Shown here: in pieces, positions 47,901 through 53,489 of the stretch
Layout of the letters: each line of letters opens with the position of its first letter
Position numbering within the stretch: the stretch's first letter is position 1
Origin: Caecitellus pseudoparvulus
Lineage: Eukaryota; Protista; Bigyra: Bicosoecida
Assembly (NCBI GenBank): GCA_965644315.1
Contig: CBFFRQ010000068.1
Location: 434,001-498,000, forward strand
Length of the DNA stretch: 64,000 nt
Reading direction: 5' to 3'
Notes under the pieces: model-generated
Seen by the model: the letters and a program-made list of their open reading frames with translations, nothing else
What the model was told of the DNA's origin: nothing
Databases searched by the model: none
Translations under genes and position numbers: made by a program

Positions 47901-50860
47901 GTCATCAGCTGGCCGTACTGGTTCCGGCCGAATGCATAGAGAGTCCCATCTCGTGTTGCCACTAACGTGTGATAGCACCCAGCAGCAACGTGGGAAACCC
48001 CAACGGTTGGAACACCAGGGATCCAATCAGGAGCGGGAAAGCGCGTGGCAAGTGTCCCCCTCCCAGTTTGTCCAAAATCACTGCGACCGAAGGACACCGC
48101 CCGGCCACAACGGGTCTGCACAACAACATGAAAGTAGCCGCTGGCGACGGACTCGGCCAACACCTCTTCATGCTTCATGACCCCGGCACGGACACGAATG
48201 AACCCTGCGGTTCCGTGCTGCACGGCATGGAGGGATGTTTCCATGCCCAGACCCAGCTGCCCAAAATCATTCTTTCCAGCCGTCCACAAGCTCCCATCGT
48301 CCAGGACGACGGCTGAGTGAAACTGGCCGCATGCAAGGGAGCGGACACGGGCCGTGGGGGTCGACTCTGTAGATGCAGGGCGCAGGGAGAATGAGGACAC
48401 TGGTGCAGGAGTCAAGGCTGGGAAGGGAATCAGCGTGGGCTCGTGCAAGTCACTTTGAAACACGCTCCCCAGTCCCATGGCTACTGGCTTGCCGGTGCCA
48501 AACAGCCCTTCTTCGCAAGCAAACAGCGAGTGGTGGTAGGAGCAAGCCATGTTGTACACACGGCGCTTGAGGAGCCCAGGGATTCGGCAGAATCGCAGCA
48601 GATTCGGAGGTCTGCCTGTATGGCCGGTCTCGGGTTCATCGTCGTCATCTGAGGCAGCCGCCGTGCCGCGCCCACTGCCAGAGCCCGGCTTCGCACTAGC
48701 AGCCTCAAGGGAGGGAATTCCTGCTTCGCCATGGGAATTGCTCCCCGACGCATACACTGCGCCATCCAACGTTAAGACGAGAGTGTGCTCGCAGCCATTT
48801 GCTGCTGCAACTGCAACGGCAGGCGCTGCCCCAACAGGCAGCTGTGCCACCCGCAAGGAGGAAACATTGTCCTTGTCTCCTGTTCCACACTGGCCAGCTG
48901 AGTTGTACCCAGCGACCAACACTTGGCCACTTCGAGAAATAAGCACTGAATGTTCGTTTCCTGCCCCAACACTTACGATGGACAGTGCAGAGGGTCCCGG
49001 CAGGTCCCGCACCGCGGCCGAAGGTTGTGACTCGGGTGGTGTGCATAGCTCCCCAAACGTATTCTGCCCTGCACTGCTGAGAAAAGTTGGTGTAGTCGCA
49101 GGTAGACACCAAGCTGGGGCAATGACTCCCAGTGCACTGTCTCGTGGCACGCATTCCCCGCTAGGCATGGGGGGGGTCACGCTCCGCAGCTGGGCCAAGG
49201 CGGCCGAAAGGCGCAGGGGGACATCCACGCCACACTGACCGGCTAAGTGCTCTGGCTCAGACTCCCCCCCACACCCAACAGCAGAGAGCAGCACATCCAT
49301 CCCTCCACAAGCTTCACACGCAACATGGCCCGCAAGGCTCTTGAGCTCATACACAGCTGCGACCGCAACCCAGGCAGGCAGCGTTGCAGGCAGTGCTTGG
49401 CCAGCAGCGGCCAAGGCCAAACACTGCCTGACATCGGCCAGCACTGTACCTCGCTTGTACGGGACGCTTGATGCGTACGTGTGAAGCAGGGCCACTACGC
49501 TTTTGCTCGCTTCGTCCACGGCAAGCTGTGCGCACGGCGGCAGTTGGTCCGAACTGGCGTCAGCAGCTCTGTCCACGCTGGAGGCAGAGGCGGCCAGAGC
49601 AGGTGCAAGTGGCACCGACTGGTCAGCTTTCGCTGGACTCTTCATGCTTATGAAGTGTGCTCTGCGAGTACGGGCTTGCAGGCGCGCAACTCCTTGAGCT
49701 TTTGGTTGTGGCGCTGCTCCTGGTAGCGCAAGCTGGGCTGCATCACACTCATCTGAAAGCTGCGCCGCTTGAGGTGAAAGAGGAAGGCTAGTTGCAGAGG
49801 GCAGCGTGCTCGGTGTGGCACTCTCCCGTTGTGGTGGCTGGGAAATGGCTGTGGGCAGCAGCGAAGGCGTGCCAGAGCCAGACCTCGTCACTTTCACGGA
49901 ATGGTGTGTCCCCTCCGAGGGGCTGCCTTGAAGGGGATTTCTGGCAGACCCATGTTGAGGGCTGCAGCTTTCACCCAGCTCATCAGGCATGGAAGCGGCC
50001 AGCGCGTCCTCGAGGGCTCTGCAGAGGGCAGGGGGGATGGCGTGGCTGCCACTTTCGTTTCGAGCGAAACGCCACCGAGCAACTCCTCGCGCCGCCTGTT
50101 TCAAAGTCGTGGTGAGCTGAAGCATGCTCATCAAGTCCTGGCCCAGTGCCAATGCAAGCGAGGTGCCAAGTTCCAAACTAAAGGCGCCAGACAAGGGAGC
50201 CTTGCGCTCCAAACTTCGAGTGCCGCAGTGAAGCAAAGCCTGGACCAAGTTGGCCAGCAACGCGTCTCCACGACCAGCGGCTGGCCCGCCGCCTGGGTAC
50301 AGGCTGGCCACCTGCTGTCCTGAGAGAGGGCCAGCAACAGCCAGTAGAAGACGCAGAGTCTCATGATGAGACAAGGAGGCCGGCGGTTCACTCATCCTCA
50401 TGGCCTCTTCCAGCGCAGCCAGCCCTGTTGACGAAGCATGCACGTCTGCCAGAGTCATGAGCTTTGCTGGGCTGGCAGGCGGCGGGCGCAGCAGACGGGG
50501 GATCTCGGGAGGAGACCACGGCTGAGATGCCAAGGCAGCACACCCTAGGTGCCCTACTTTGAGCGCAGTGTCCAGGCTCCGCGCATGGCTTGTTTCCGGG
50601 CTCGTGAAGTACTCCTGCTCGACAAGTCGCTGAGCGATGGCATCGCTGCGACGCCAAGCTCTTATCCACGATCCCCACTGCACAGTTGCCGGAACGTGCA
50701 ATGCAGCAACCTCGCAGGCAGCGAACACCTCCTCGTCATGTAGATGTTTAGTGGCATCTGTCTCACAGCAGCGTGCAAGCGGCAAGAGACTTGCGGCCTG
50801 TCGTGCCCTGGCACTGGCCAAAGTTGTGCCAGGGCAAAGCAGTGGCAGGGGAGCATTCAT
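32972..50860 (-). CDS. Giant HERC-like HECT E3 ubiquitin ligase (RCC1-like repeats, LamG-like, UBA, FN3, SPRY, HECT), 5962 aa
   Basis: RCC1 repeats at about 47800-48980 (ACGQFHSAV..G.NDFGQLGLG), UBA at about 41500-41605 (LAEMGFPESWC..AL), SPRY at about 35980-36410 (GDIVGVELDCDAGTLSFSLNG..LGVAF..LFPAVS) and HECT at about 32990-34390 (VKFAGEGVDDYGGAYRE; catalytic LPKSSTCF). Confidence 0.92.
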   Translation of the reverse strand: MNAPLPLLCPGTTLASARARQAASLLPLARCCETDATKHLHDEEVFAACEVAALHVPATVQWGSWIRAWRRSDAIAQRLVEQEYFTSPETSHARSLDTALKVGHLGCAALASQPWSPPEIPRLLRPPPASPAKLMTLADVHASSTGLAALEEAMRMSEPPASLSHHETLRLLLAVAGPLSGQQVASLYPGGGPAAGRGDALLANLVQALLHCGTRSLERKAPLSGAFSLELGTSLALALGQDLMSMLQLTTTLKQAARGVARWRFARNESGSHAIPPALCRALEDALAASMPDELGESCSPQHGSARNPLQGSPSEGTHHSVKVTRSGSGTPSLLPTAISQPPQRESATPSTLPSATSLPLSPQAAQLSDECDAAQLALPGAAPQPKAQGVARLQARTRRAHFISMKSPAKADQSVPLAPALAASASSVDRAADASSDQLPPCAQLAVDEASKSVVALLHTYASSVPYKRGTVLADVRQCLALAAAGQALPATLPAWVAVAAVYELKSLAGHVACEACGGMDVLLSAVGCGGESEPEHLAGQCGVDVPLRLSAALAQLRSVTPPMPSGECVPRDSALGVIAPAWCLPATTPTFLSSAGQNTFGELCTPPESQPSAAVRDLPGPSALSIVSVGAGNEHSVLISRSGQVLVAGYNSAGQCGTGDKDNVSSLRVAQLPVGAAPAVAVAAANGCEHTLVLTLDGAVYASGSNSHGEAGIPSLEAASAKPGSGSGRGTAAASDDDDEPETGHTGRPPNLLRFCRIPGLLKRRVYNMACSYHHSLFACEEGLFGTGKPVAMGLGSVFQSDLHEPTLIPFPALTPAPVSSFSLRPASTESTPTARVRSLACGQFHSAVVLDDGSLWTAGKNDFGQLGLGMETSLHAVQHGTAGFIRVRAGVMKHEEVLAESVASGYFHVVVQTRCGRAVSFGRSDFGQTGRGTLATRFPAPDWIPGVPTVGVSHVAAGCYHTLVATRDGTLYAFGRNQYGQLMTQSTGDKFIPSIVKRFQGKRILALACGFYHSIVLAADSQVDRGQTATPPAAPQSAAAARGISSMLLTDHAPRLSGGPPAPADGDSGVPGVHGRRGRAAAGHAGHLPVSEDGPLFPLSNMSKFGAVGCAATLARLLHFCGRFAEQATCAAGVPSSAPPAWRLSRLSSLTLAAQPVCGLLKTPPSSSQVPTSPSAPASARSVAAADESEAWPSSAATAAISSIMACAAVNAQRRRDDSQLMPVPPFLGVMEPAFADTLLHALGRQDEAGVGLVDGRATATTAANTGLAATQHADFMLKSGSQLLSHKVALLCTQAVEWRVSGFDAQISSDDGRAWSVSGTPHGTKLSSILNALAESALGGHGMGALTSVLASVAGLSGLCQPLLRLWLSCREKHSPDPAFLDALPGMLRTPRDIDTTCALILQADCDAAPELLPALLQACAALSPASEIIESVLRVCACVPLPALGSVSHTFPCLMSQILSLDARGLQALGVHRELWSLICHLCHGLSLQGAEQLCGQRSNVEQLFSLALQCAARLVGSTVHQLRLLLPQSSPQHGQPEPDAVVVSLSRFLVPTLSLHWQARPGAWSLGLELLGLIRCYDTSGLELVLRRLRAPALRKDISYRRACNVSQEAFSVPPGLFTDARVLHASVDSFAKGEDLQDKQLLQRAPDGACVLAGFHSLVEAMEACEAHVFIAVARSLGAGAEVIVACRLAAAGRDDQVDPRLLAAFRFAATCRHRIAQVARQLEQGPGPKGCDSRHLEALRLAGAPAICNELVQRCKLITYAGGGGGRIPLPSRAKLRWRAIKHCIHLAAGAMRGVKRSITMPAGFSVGLSRTVQAVLQGAGVRSAPPGFDHVLAFVTDMGPTLEWLACTVLQVPVDSSTLETWLHSHAPRQATSDGRQATQMSSVWSQAVTTAKVVSFASVHAVQSAKTLPHLSACLAAGVLPPIALDVAASALRTLQMLAEFSKCPQPALVGAARALLASCPDPARTGEVCSTVVSALQVVASQGMAHDQPRWMAVAAKLGFRYLAAFLRNQVHNSSTEALLMLWVAIARHPGTPRQCGLDALRELAPLCRKDRSFFEPATHNAVHLCGASVPMLFDELPAEWATMTAVQVAFASAGPLLGAALMLAAWQDDSERSAAAPEVLISQYRTASSLARSAFDLNFWAMPLPDPGGRPRVLCLRGAGLAFAAPLVVLRPDDGRLEVAVATSHGGRGPDSESAYAEWIAGLESVGDPDSMSKIPAHPCLQGHDHTWASMISSRPLKDYCWVHVRVRLRQLEDWELAEHDIHAPAWNLELHLDGALDTSSRLSAPLRVPPVIPTSEAAWFRTPVFWGGIPHVPALVGFAMSTSISNIQTACPPGWQDPVSSTFSTPSMRSTSSDSSPCSISATGVLQPEAFSGFQGFVVARQRGEADVGAAGQRPPQLSEKSRPWFTAAQVAAMSAVRMLPRGSSAELQTIFSAAAHTFVQAGGQTPLALALLLSAAERLPPENCDELLVSTDLMQHCAEDHQGLATINLPNGGLLFAWLAWLASSAGGGSAEKSQANPCPTASVRLSSWLESLRSSICMQMQPGVAIQETLSPTVRFATESRPLLQPSPLTLGIEGQNLTLQIHSWVRGILDARPTGFQSALLSTVETLLSAAADLPLASNHGRTETSLAQQGSDKIEVEVHSGVSGISAVPVGETRTVQGGTQTVLLASAAMAWMQQWRTGSREPRSGLYIRALWDTGRPSKLLLSGIALPEHEREEPPAGLVIRVCHEHGMVLLLIPGADSEAVDESARSSLGVFGPASTSSQSGFFDCLLPDHATPNTAWRRAPGIHEQASTWRPAGGVDKNPSCCCPRSSSFGADASPSSPEPDSCDFEVCRRVNSRLRASTPSHRAQARCLWAPLSSVRQQLSRMGPSQLHGVGGEYLSEVLLRLALQLPQARQQATMSPTPEATQLAIFQAGLCNEAMDLLRSMPLGGPQDVHPHSVALALHRISSPVFLAPAEVRTHARALRSRMKGLLASRQYTRACSAARMSQACTARARVDIDALVEYIAAVAGPFRREVRAETPPPGAAAAHFPGSTGRISAEVVSQADVLCALLGFAGAELSPLPEAASLQSLAEMGFPESWCLLALRVCQLDLQIASSWLLDNCDFLRAVASQMASSRGVQGGAEESAVTPASSQGEAHSEPDEDDQASTSAGSSDSGADDLDCDAVESAAALLGESGSESHTSFATEQVSAQVAEHAQGSGTSQGSHGGTGLEEHMPYASVSTPRPHTMQGGQDAGSTQIRLTDSQYLGDSAVAHLRTLLDALRGLDVAEHSQSHPWRRYAHRGPVRSSSGSRSPAARARTEPRLVGVQSAAELELEESSPPKRDASAQLGGIASPSQATLAEPDARGHAQAQTSHSRQYLMQVPARVPAIALVRLHEEAMSGVLKKLDEEKQKRTASTSAPASQRPTSAVLRLPAPQLDALPLQASEFKEEDSRATPPRMLSAPASEPEASPVRPPGAESPARPSALGRSRTVYQGSPHRQAPYGAAGSALSAIRHRAPGSSDAPPARSPSASLAALDQPSSEGEGEGGLVPTLSLEDPQESAPAQPSQPASPPPLSVLDPGISGAAYMDQLSRHVQFLAESLAAAVDRHTTSLLRFAGPERRTLPADDRSPVRPQYVPASPEHQRQSSAVPPPGCHERSELYVCVDPDRGELRLISFWGEAAVQLLRQLPSTSELQRPSALPIAAAQGCSDTEMWQLCIAAGIGSASCGCSHPNSSAFADGGASSQTELMRYRAWGFPGEGPVLSEAVRQPESPSHVFHTADGFWAQFPLVLSASHVFAENHFPAERSRALQAPGTEYAAFYSLKAPEALPRWDKYAQRLFDPTRCVGDSAEVPTSNMPPWALALSPLDVKNTAPLPHVIEDRCTALSELQLIHDVTCIGQHRPLQCEPLPLPGSAPCGPPAPDFLARAVAAVEVHSDTGADDAGRPRVPWVLGIGTMDDAELPCANSVQQHDLFWASTGAGAPPPPGSSDRGWVERYHQLRHEYLLRMADLLALPAEELSGPSLLCAAAATENMLRVLSAREALLSPCGPGTTNRPFADLLRAVSRAKGTGMLPTYAAAAGPHFLPWMALKAALLRGAAPKPEVQSSLTRHPTSYIPRALAGAHPSNIHRVWQHMMQTGQKGTASRAAFCSVLGLPELQVVQASSPWLRVGLRPKCFSAGKKICWDVRVSTVLLSGALLELEAAARNPDLLHVPFGRRTLSASDDKASKFGHVEAADWALSVLHDAWLQWWAWSAEGGDRPWPPSEAMASVFCEGAPSPQHREGAFHFASVSLLRSFVALLSCPNGPIRYLVLRNMELLLDRLTEVVHWALSAAEGVLSSGSALFALDSLIPWAFLRRQLSFRLTCEPLCSRMYFSVLTTCASACLAKAQALREVLRTAQEATAAPQTAAARCPDLVLSDISSSHATILLDCEGGDAPGFFRVEARRALLLPRSASSFPAVLPHDPFNADDPALVLTQPAEVPDIAEAFSVARLASQDLPYVGPDMSSYVCAACAEEARAMPLPPLPGFEPGAFVGALRRLFACLPQRWMDALQECVSMVQALPRSHRCVVAAMAQPGQNLQASANTLGVLIEAESQQLLEGLSSGIECLDVAEAREIECLALWSAAWPLARTAATISVLLRGVPITLDGPPVTSGILACGYIEGASTSTIQALWGVRRLLQAVKRRYLDCRRQTDADAAQRSGPVAALGLSVVEDELQAFVEKEEGWNTVYVGDSPSFHLHRLSSSTTFLLRAQRVRVDVHAESGAVQATCGVWSDVVAFRTTSPPGFTWDVQTSDVARPNLLRRARTGSLDSDSVHISNDGLSVENAVSEAWSLVLGNAGFSAGINTWSIRIDDTPSAYMFIGVATHAANPHSFLGGDEHGWGFLGDRALYHGRSKTRTYGSRFGVGDIVGVELDCDAGTLSFSLNGQPLGVAFRNLSGVLFPAVSFYNKGQKVTLISQPCVDLEHGGEGGRCTGAAGVSVSTTPPPATVKMGYLAMQHLHPMHCPGTTASAHVLGTPSFALSPERAITFTSFVRVLAGLQGEDAFHTRGFVHILLRAFASACAAAAKHLARVSTKAGFDVTLSTSPDVLKVFGVRAGDRILSERGESIVVGVRDGKLWVAEEEGGPCWPIPGAQMAAAVACTTDMLSVALNAAVATAPASPSQPVRMAGLQHELRGTPLACFGGPEVREGEARATQPGSGMASPPPCIPRKWVSEKSGTARGPDDPSWGDDAERRSMLHLILLHSADHQEEGAVEPSSAPTVLHSWTAFSIACGCVPDSEGKYSAVPLALDVWRSGGDAALLSALERVSTVGKGDWIKCPFATCMGVTREDHLLRFGESARKAVLEACSELPEASQIAGALSATDFVLARVYLLWVLNEELHVCLPLLNMRMAPPYLPPRAEELRCLVSGGCPPPGPLLEWRVWNSTGCLRELQDPMTREACPLQAAVLRLRGGISSRVKKRVMATVLQRTTLRPRRCDDEYEHPPELPRLSFDRPLAGRALQHPEAAQRLLGSVFGQLMRAVHWLPTAYLRLGFTHPMDDGQQRSFCVKFAGEGVDDYGGAYREVFAVACDELASLAGDGRSTVLRVLALPPVAAQGKGDGGLVLASGRESASAAPGEGLLSPPPLLLAPLELASLRFLGQFMGMALRSGISLRLPLSRVVWRLLAWEPVDASDLPPPVLQAMQELVLPSTRDLGVIWMLNFSELALIDPEAAQWLQWLLTLHAAADRLAAAEALEGITWTATLGSGAVIPLRAKGCHENVSVDCIPIFVASTLIVRALEFHAAAEAVRQGLGECVPEAVLPLMRGVDLQGCICGELDFDVRLLAAHTDYEPGDCGGEAHLDMLWEVLAGFTPVQRTAFLRFCWARNHLPLTATGFSQRFKVQAVGAPDSASGLSTEAAQKGVDALLPKSSTCFGVLQLPTYSTMQVMRERLLYAIQHCHTMDADFLTASAENANWQ

Positions 50861-51017
50861 GTCTCAGGACATGCCAAGCATCCCCTGGCGTGAACTGAAT
50901 ACATATCACCTCGCTTGGTGTGCGGTTTTGAATTGATTTGTGGTGATTGAGCGTCTGAGCCGCAGACGTGCCATCGCCCACTGCTTCGTCTGGTCTGCTC
51001 CTCAATGTTGCATGAAA

Positions 51018-51023
51018 TATATA
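51018..51023 (+). promoter_or_regulatory. TATA-like element upstream of the 5S rRNA gene
   Basis: TATATA at about -28 to -23 from the predicted 5S start, in GC-rich context. Confidence 0.55.
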
Positions 51024-51045
51024 CGTTGTTGGCGATACCGTCCTC

Positions 51046-51164
51046 AGCAGCGGTCACATCGCCCAGGATATGCCCGGATCCATTCCGCACCCGGAAGCCA
51101 AGCTGGGCCGAGCTCGGTTAGTACTGTGGTAGGGGACTACACGGGAATCCCGAGTACTGCTGAT
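51046..51164 (+). rRNA. 5S ribosomal RNA (solitary copy)
   Basis: 119 nt. All helices can be paired by eye: CAGCGGU/ACUGCUG, GCCCAG/CUGGGC, CCGG/CCGG with bulged AA, CUCGG/CCGAG and GUAG-GGGA-CUAC. It has the conserved loop E GGUUAGUAC...GGGAAU and is followed by an oligo-T tract. Confidence 0.93.
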
Positions 51165-51166
51165 TC

Positions 51167-51171
51167 TTTTT
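51167..51171 (+). terminator. RNA polymerase III oligo(T) terminator
   Basis: TTTTT immediately 3' of the 5S sequence. Confidence 0.8.
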
Positions 51172-51272
51172 CGCATCCGCATCTGCGGCTTCAGAATCTA
51201 TCGACGTGTGTCACAATTCAAACTCCGCAGAAGGGGTGGTCTGTTGACAGAGGACGCGCGTTATTGTGGGCC

Positions 51273-53447
51273 ATGGCAGCTCGACTTTACCCGGGTAAGT
51301 GGGCATGAATGCTTTTGCAAGCGTTGCAGGCTGCATTGTGGCTGGCTCTCCATGCAGGCTTCGGCTCGGGCCGCGGCAAGTTTGAGGGCAGCTTCGAAGT
51401 GCGTTCTTTGAAAGCAGGCGGTGAGTTGGCTCTTGAAGTTGGGTGCTTGGGTGAAGCTTGTAGCTCACCCCGCCTTCCGCTTGATTGCGGCAGGGTTCCC
51501 ACAACTGGAGGCTGGGGACAAGGTGATCCTGCCAGCGGTGAGTGAGGCTTGGCAGCGCCGCGAAGCGCAGCAGGCTCATCGCATGGCCCCATGTTTGCAG
51601 GCGGCGTTCAAGGAGATATCCAGGCTGAAACTGCCCTTTCCTATGATCTTCCGGGTGGAGAATGAGCGGCGCCGCAGCGCTGGCCGGGTTGCGAATCGCA
51701 GGGGAGCCACCAAAGCTCCCGTCAAGCAGTTCTGCGGTGTGCAGGAGTTTTCAGCGGAGAAAGGCAAGGCATTCTTGCCACGCTGGATGATGCAGAACCT
51801 AAAAATCCGGGATGGAGGGCGGGCAGTCTTCACTTCAGTCCGCGGGGTGCGTAGCGCTGCCGTTACGGTGGCCCTGCGTGGCGTTTCATGGCGACATTTC
51901 CCGCACCTGTTTCCCGGCCCTGCAGATGCCCAAGGGGACGTTTGTTCGGTTTCAGCCACACACGACGGAGTTTATTGACCTCGCAGCAGCACTGGGTCCA
52001 AGGGTGCGTTCCCAGAATCCCGCTTTCCGCGTCGCTGGCCCGCCACTCACCGGACTCTGCCGCTCATTATCCTGTCCAGGAGCTAATGGAGCACGCCATG
52101 AAGACATACTCAGCTCTGTCCCTGGGCGAGACGCTGGTAGTGCAGTGCAGTGGGTCCATGTTCAAGCTGGATGTGTTGGAGGTGCGCCCTGGGCCGAAGG
52201 ATGACCCTCCCAACCCTCACTCTGCAATCTGCCTGTACGGGGATCTGGACCTGGAGGCAGACTTTGCGCCTGCCAAGGACACCGAGAAGGCAAGCACCCC
52301 TGCAGCGGGATCAATCACACCCATGTCCCAAGGGGAGCTGGATGACTTGGCCGGCCAAGCCTTGGCTGCGGCCCAGGCTGCAGCAACACCGGCAGAGGAG
52401 GCGCCGGGCTCAGCGGCGTTTTCCGGCACAGGGCACACCCTGGGGGGAGGGGGCAATCGCCGAGGGGACCGGGGCACCGCTGGATCAGGGGCAGGTGCGG
52501 GCCCCCGGCCGTCTTCCGCTAAGCGCCTCCGATCGGCGGTGGCAGCATCGCGTCACCGGGCCACCGCCCGGCCCATGTCCCCCATCGAATCCTCCCCCAT
52601 GCCCACCCCCACCACAGACGCCAAGCGACGGCCACGGCGGGCTGCAGGCACATCAGCCACGACGCCTTCTTCGTCTCGCACTCCTCGCCGCCAGGCAGGC
52701 AAGCGCCAAGGCACGGGGGGCAAGGGCAGCGCAGTGGGCAAGGGCGGGCGCACGCACGCGGCAGAGCCTGCACCGGCATCCCCGGGCTTTCGAGCCAGTC
52801 GGGCCACCGCAGCACCACCCGTCGCGCCGCAAGCATCCTTTGGCTTGGGTTTCTTCTCCGGCACGTGGCGAGGGCTTGATCTGGGCACACCCCCCCGGGG
52901 CATGTCCAGAGCCCAGCGGGAGGCGGCTGGGCAACTCGCGAGCACTGTGGACCCTTCCGCGCTTTTCATGTCCCCTGGTCGAAAGGCGGCTCAGCCAGAG
53001 TCCAGCGCCCCTGCGATGGGCAGTACGCTACCCCGTTCCATGCCGTTGACCGGCGGGGACCGTGCCGGCCCAGGGGCAGCCTTCGCAGCAGCGGGCATGG
53101 GCCGGTCTCTGGTTTCCCCAGCGCCTGCGCCAGGGCACAGCGCGTCGGCAACTGTCTCCCCCATCACAACAGGGGGGCAGGCCGGACGTCCCTCCCCTGG
53201 GGCAGGCATGACGCTGGGCAGGGGTGACTCGGCTACCAAGGGCGCCGGCCGCTCCGTGCTGCTGGACCGGTATGGCACCCCCCCGCGCAGGGCAGTGCAA
53301 GGAGTGGGCGGGGCGGCTGAAAGCAAGTGGGGCGAGGCATCGCCTGGTGGGGGGCGAGTGTCCCCCATTCAGTCCCCCGCGACTCATGCGGGCTCCCGAA
53401 CCGCCGCGGCGGCGGGGCGAAGCTTGCGCCGCTCAAGGCACAAGTGA
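51273..53447 (+). CDS. UFD1: UFD1-like ubiquitin fusion degradation protein (p97/Cdc48 adaptor family)
   Basis: LEAGDKVILP, FPMIFRV, CGVQEFSAEKGKAFLPRWMMQNL, PKGTFVRFQP, YSALSLGE, DLEADFAP and SHP-box-like FSGTGHTLG, followed by a disordered tail. About 5 short 5' introns lie between 51295 and 52079. It may be a paralog rather than the canonical UFD1. Confidence 0.88.
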
Positions 53448-53489
53448 CGCGAATACAGCACACTGTGCAGCTCAACACACATGCATTGT

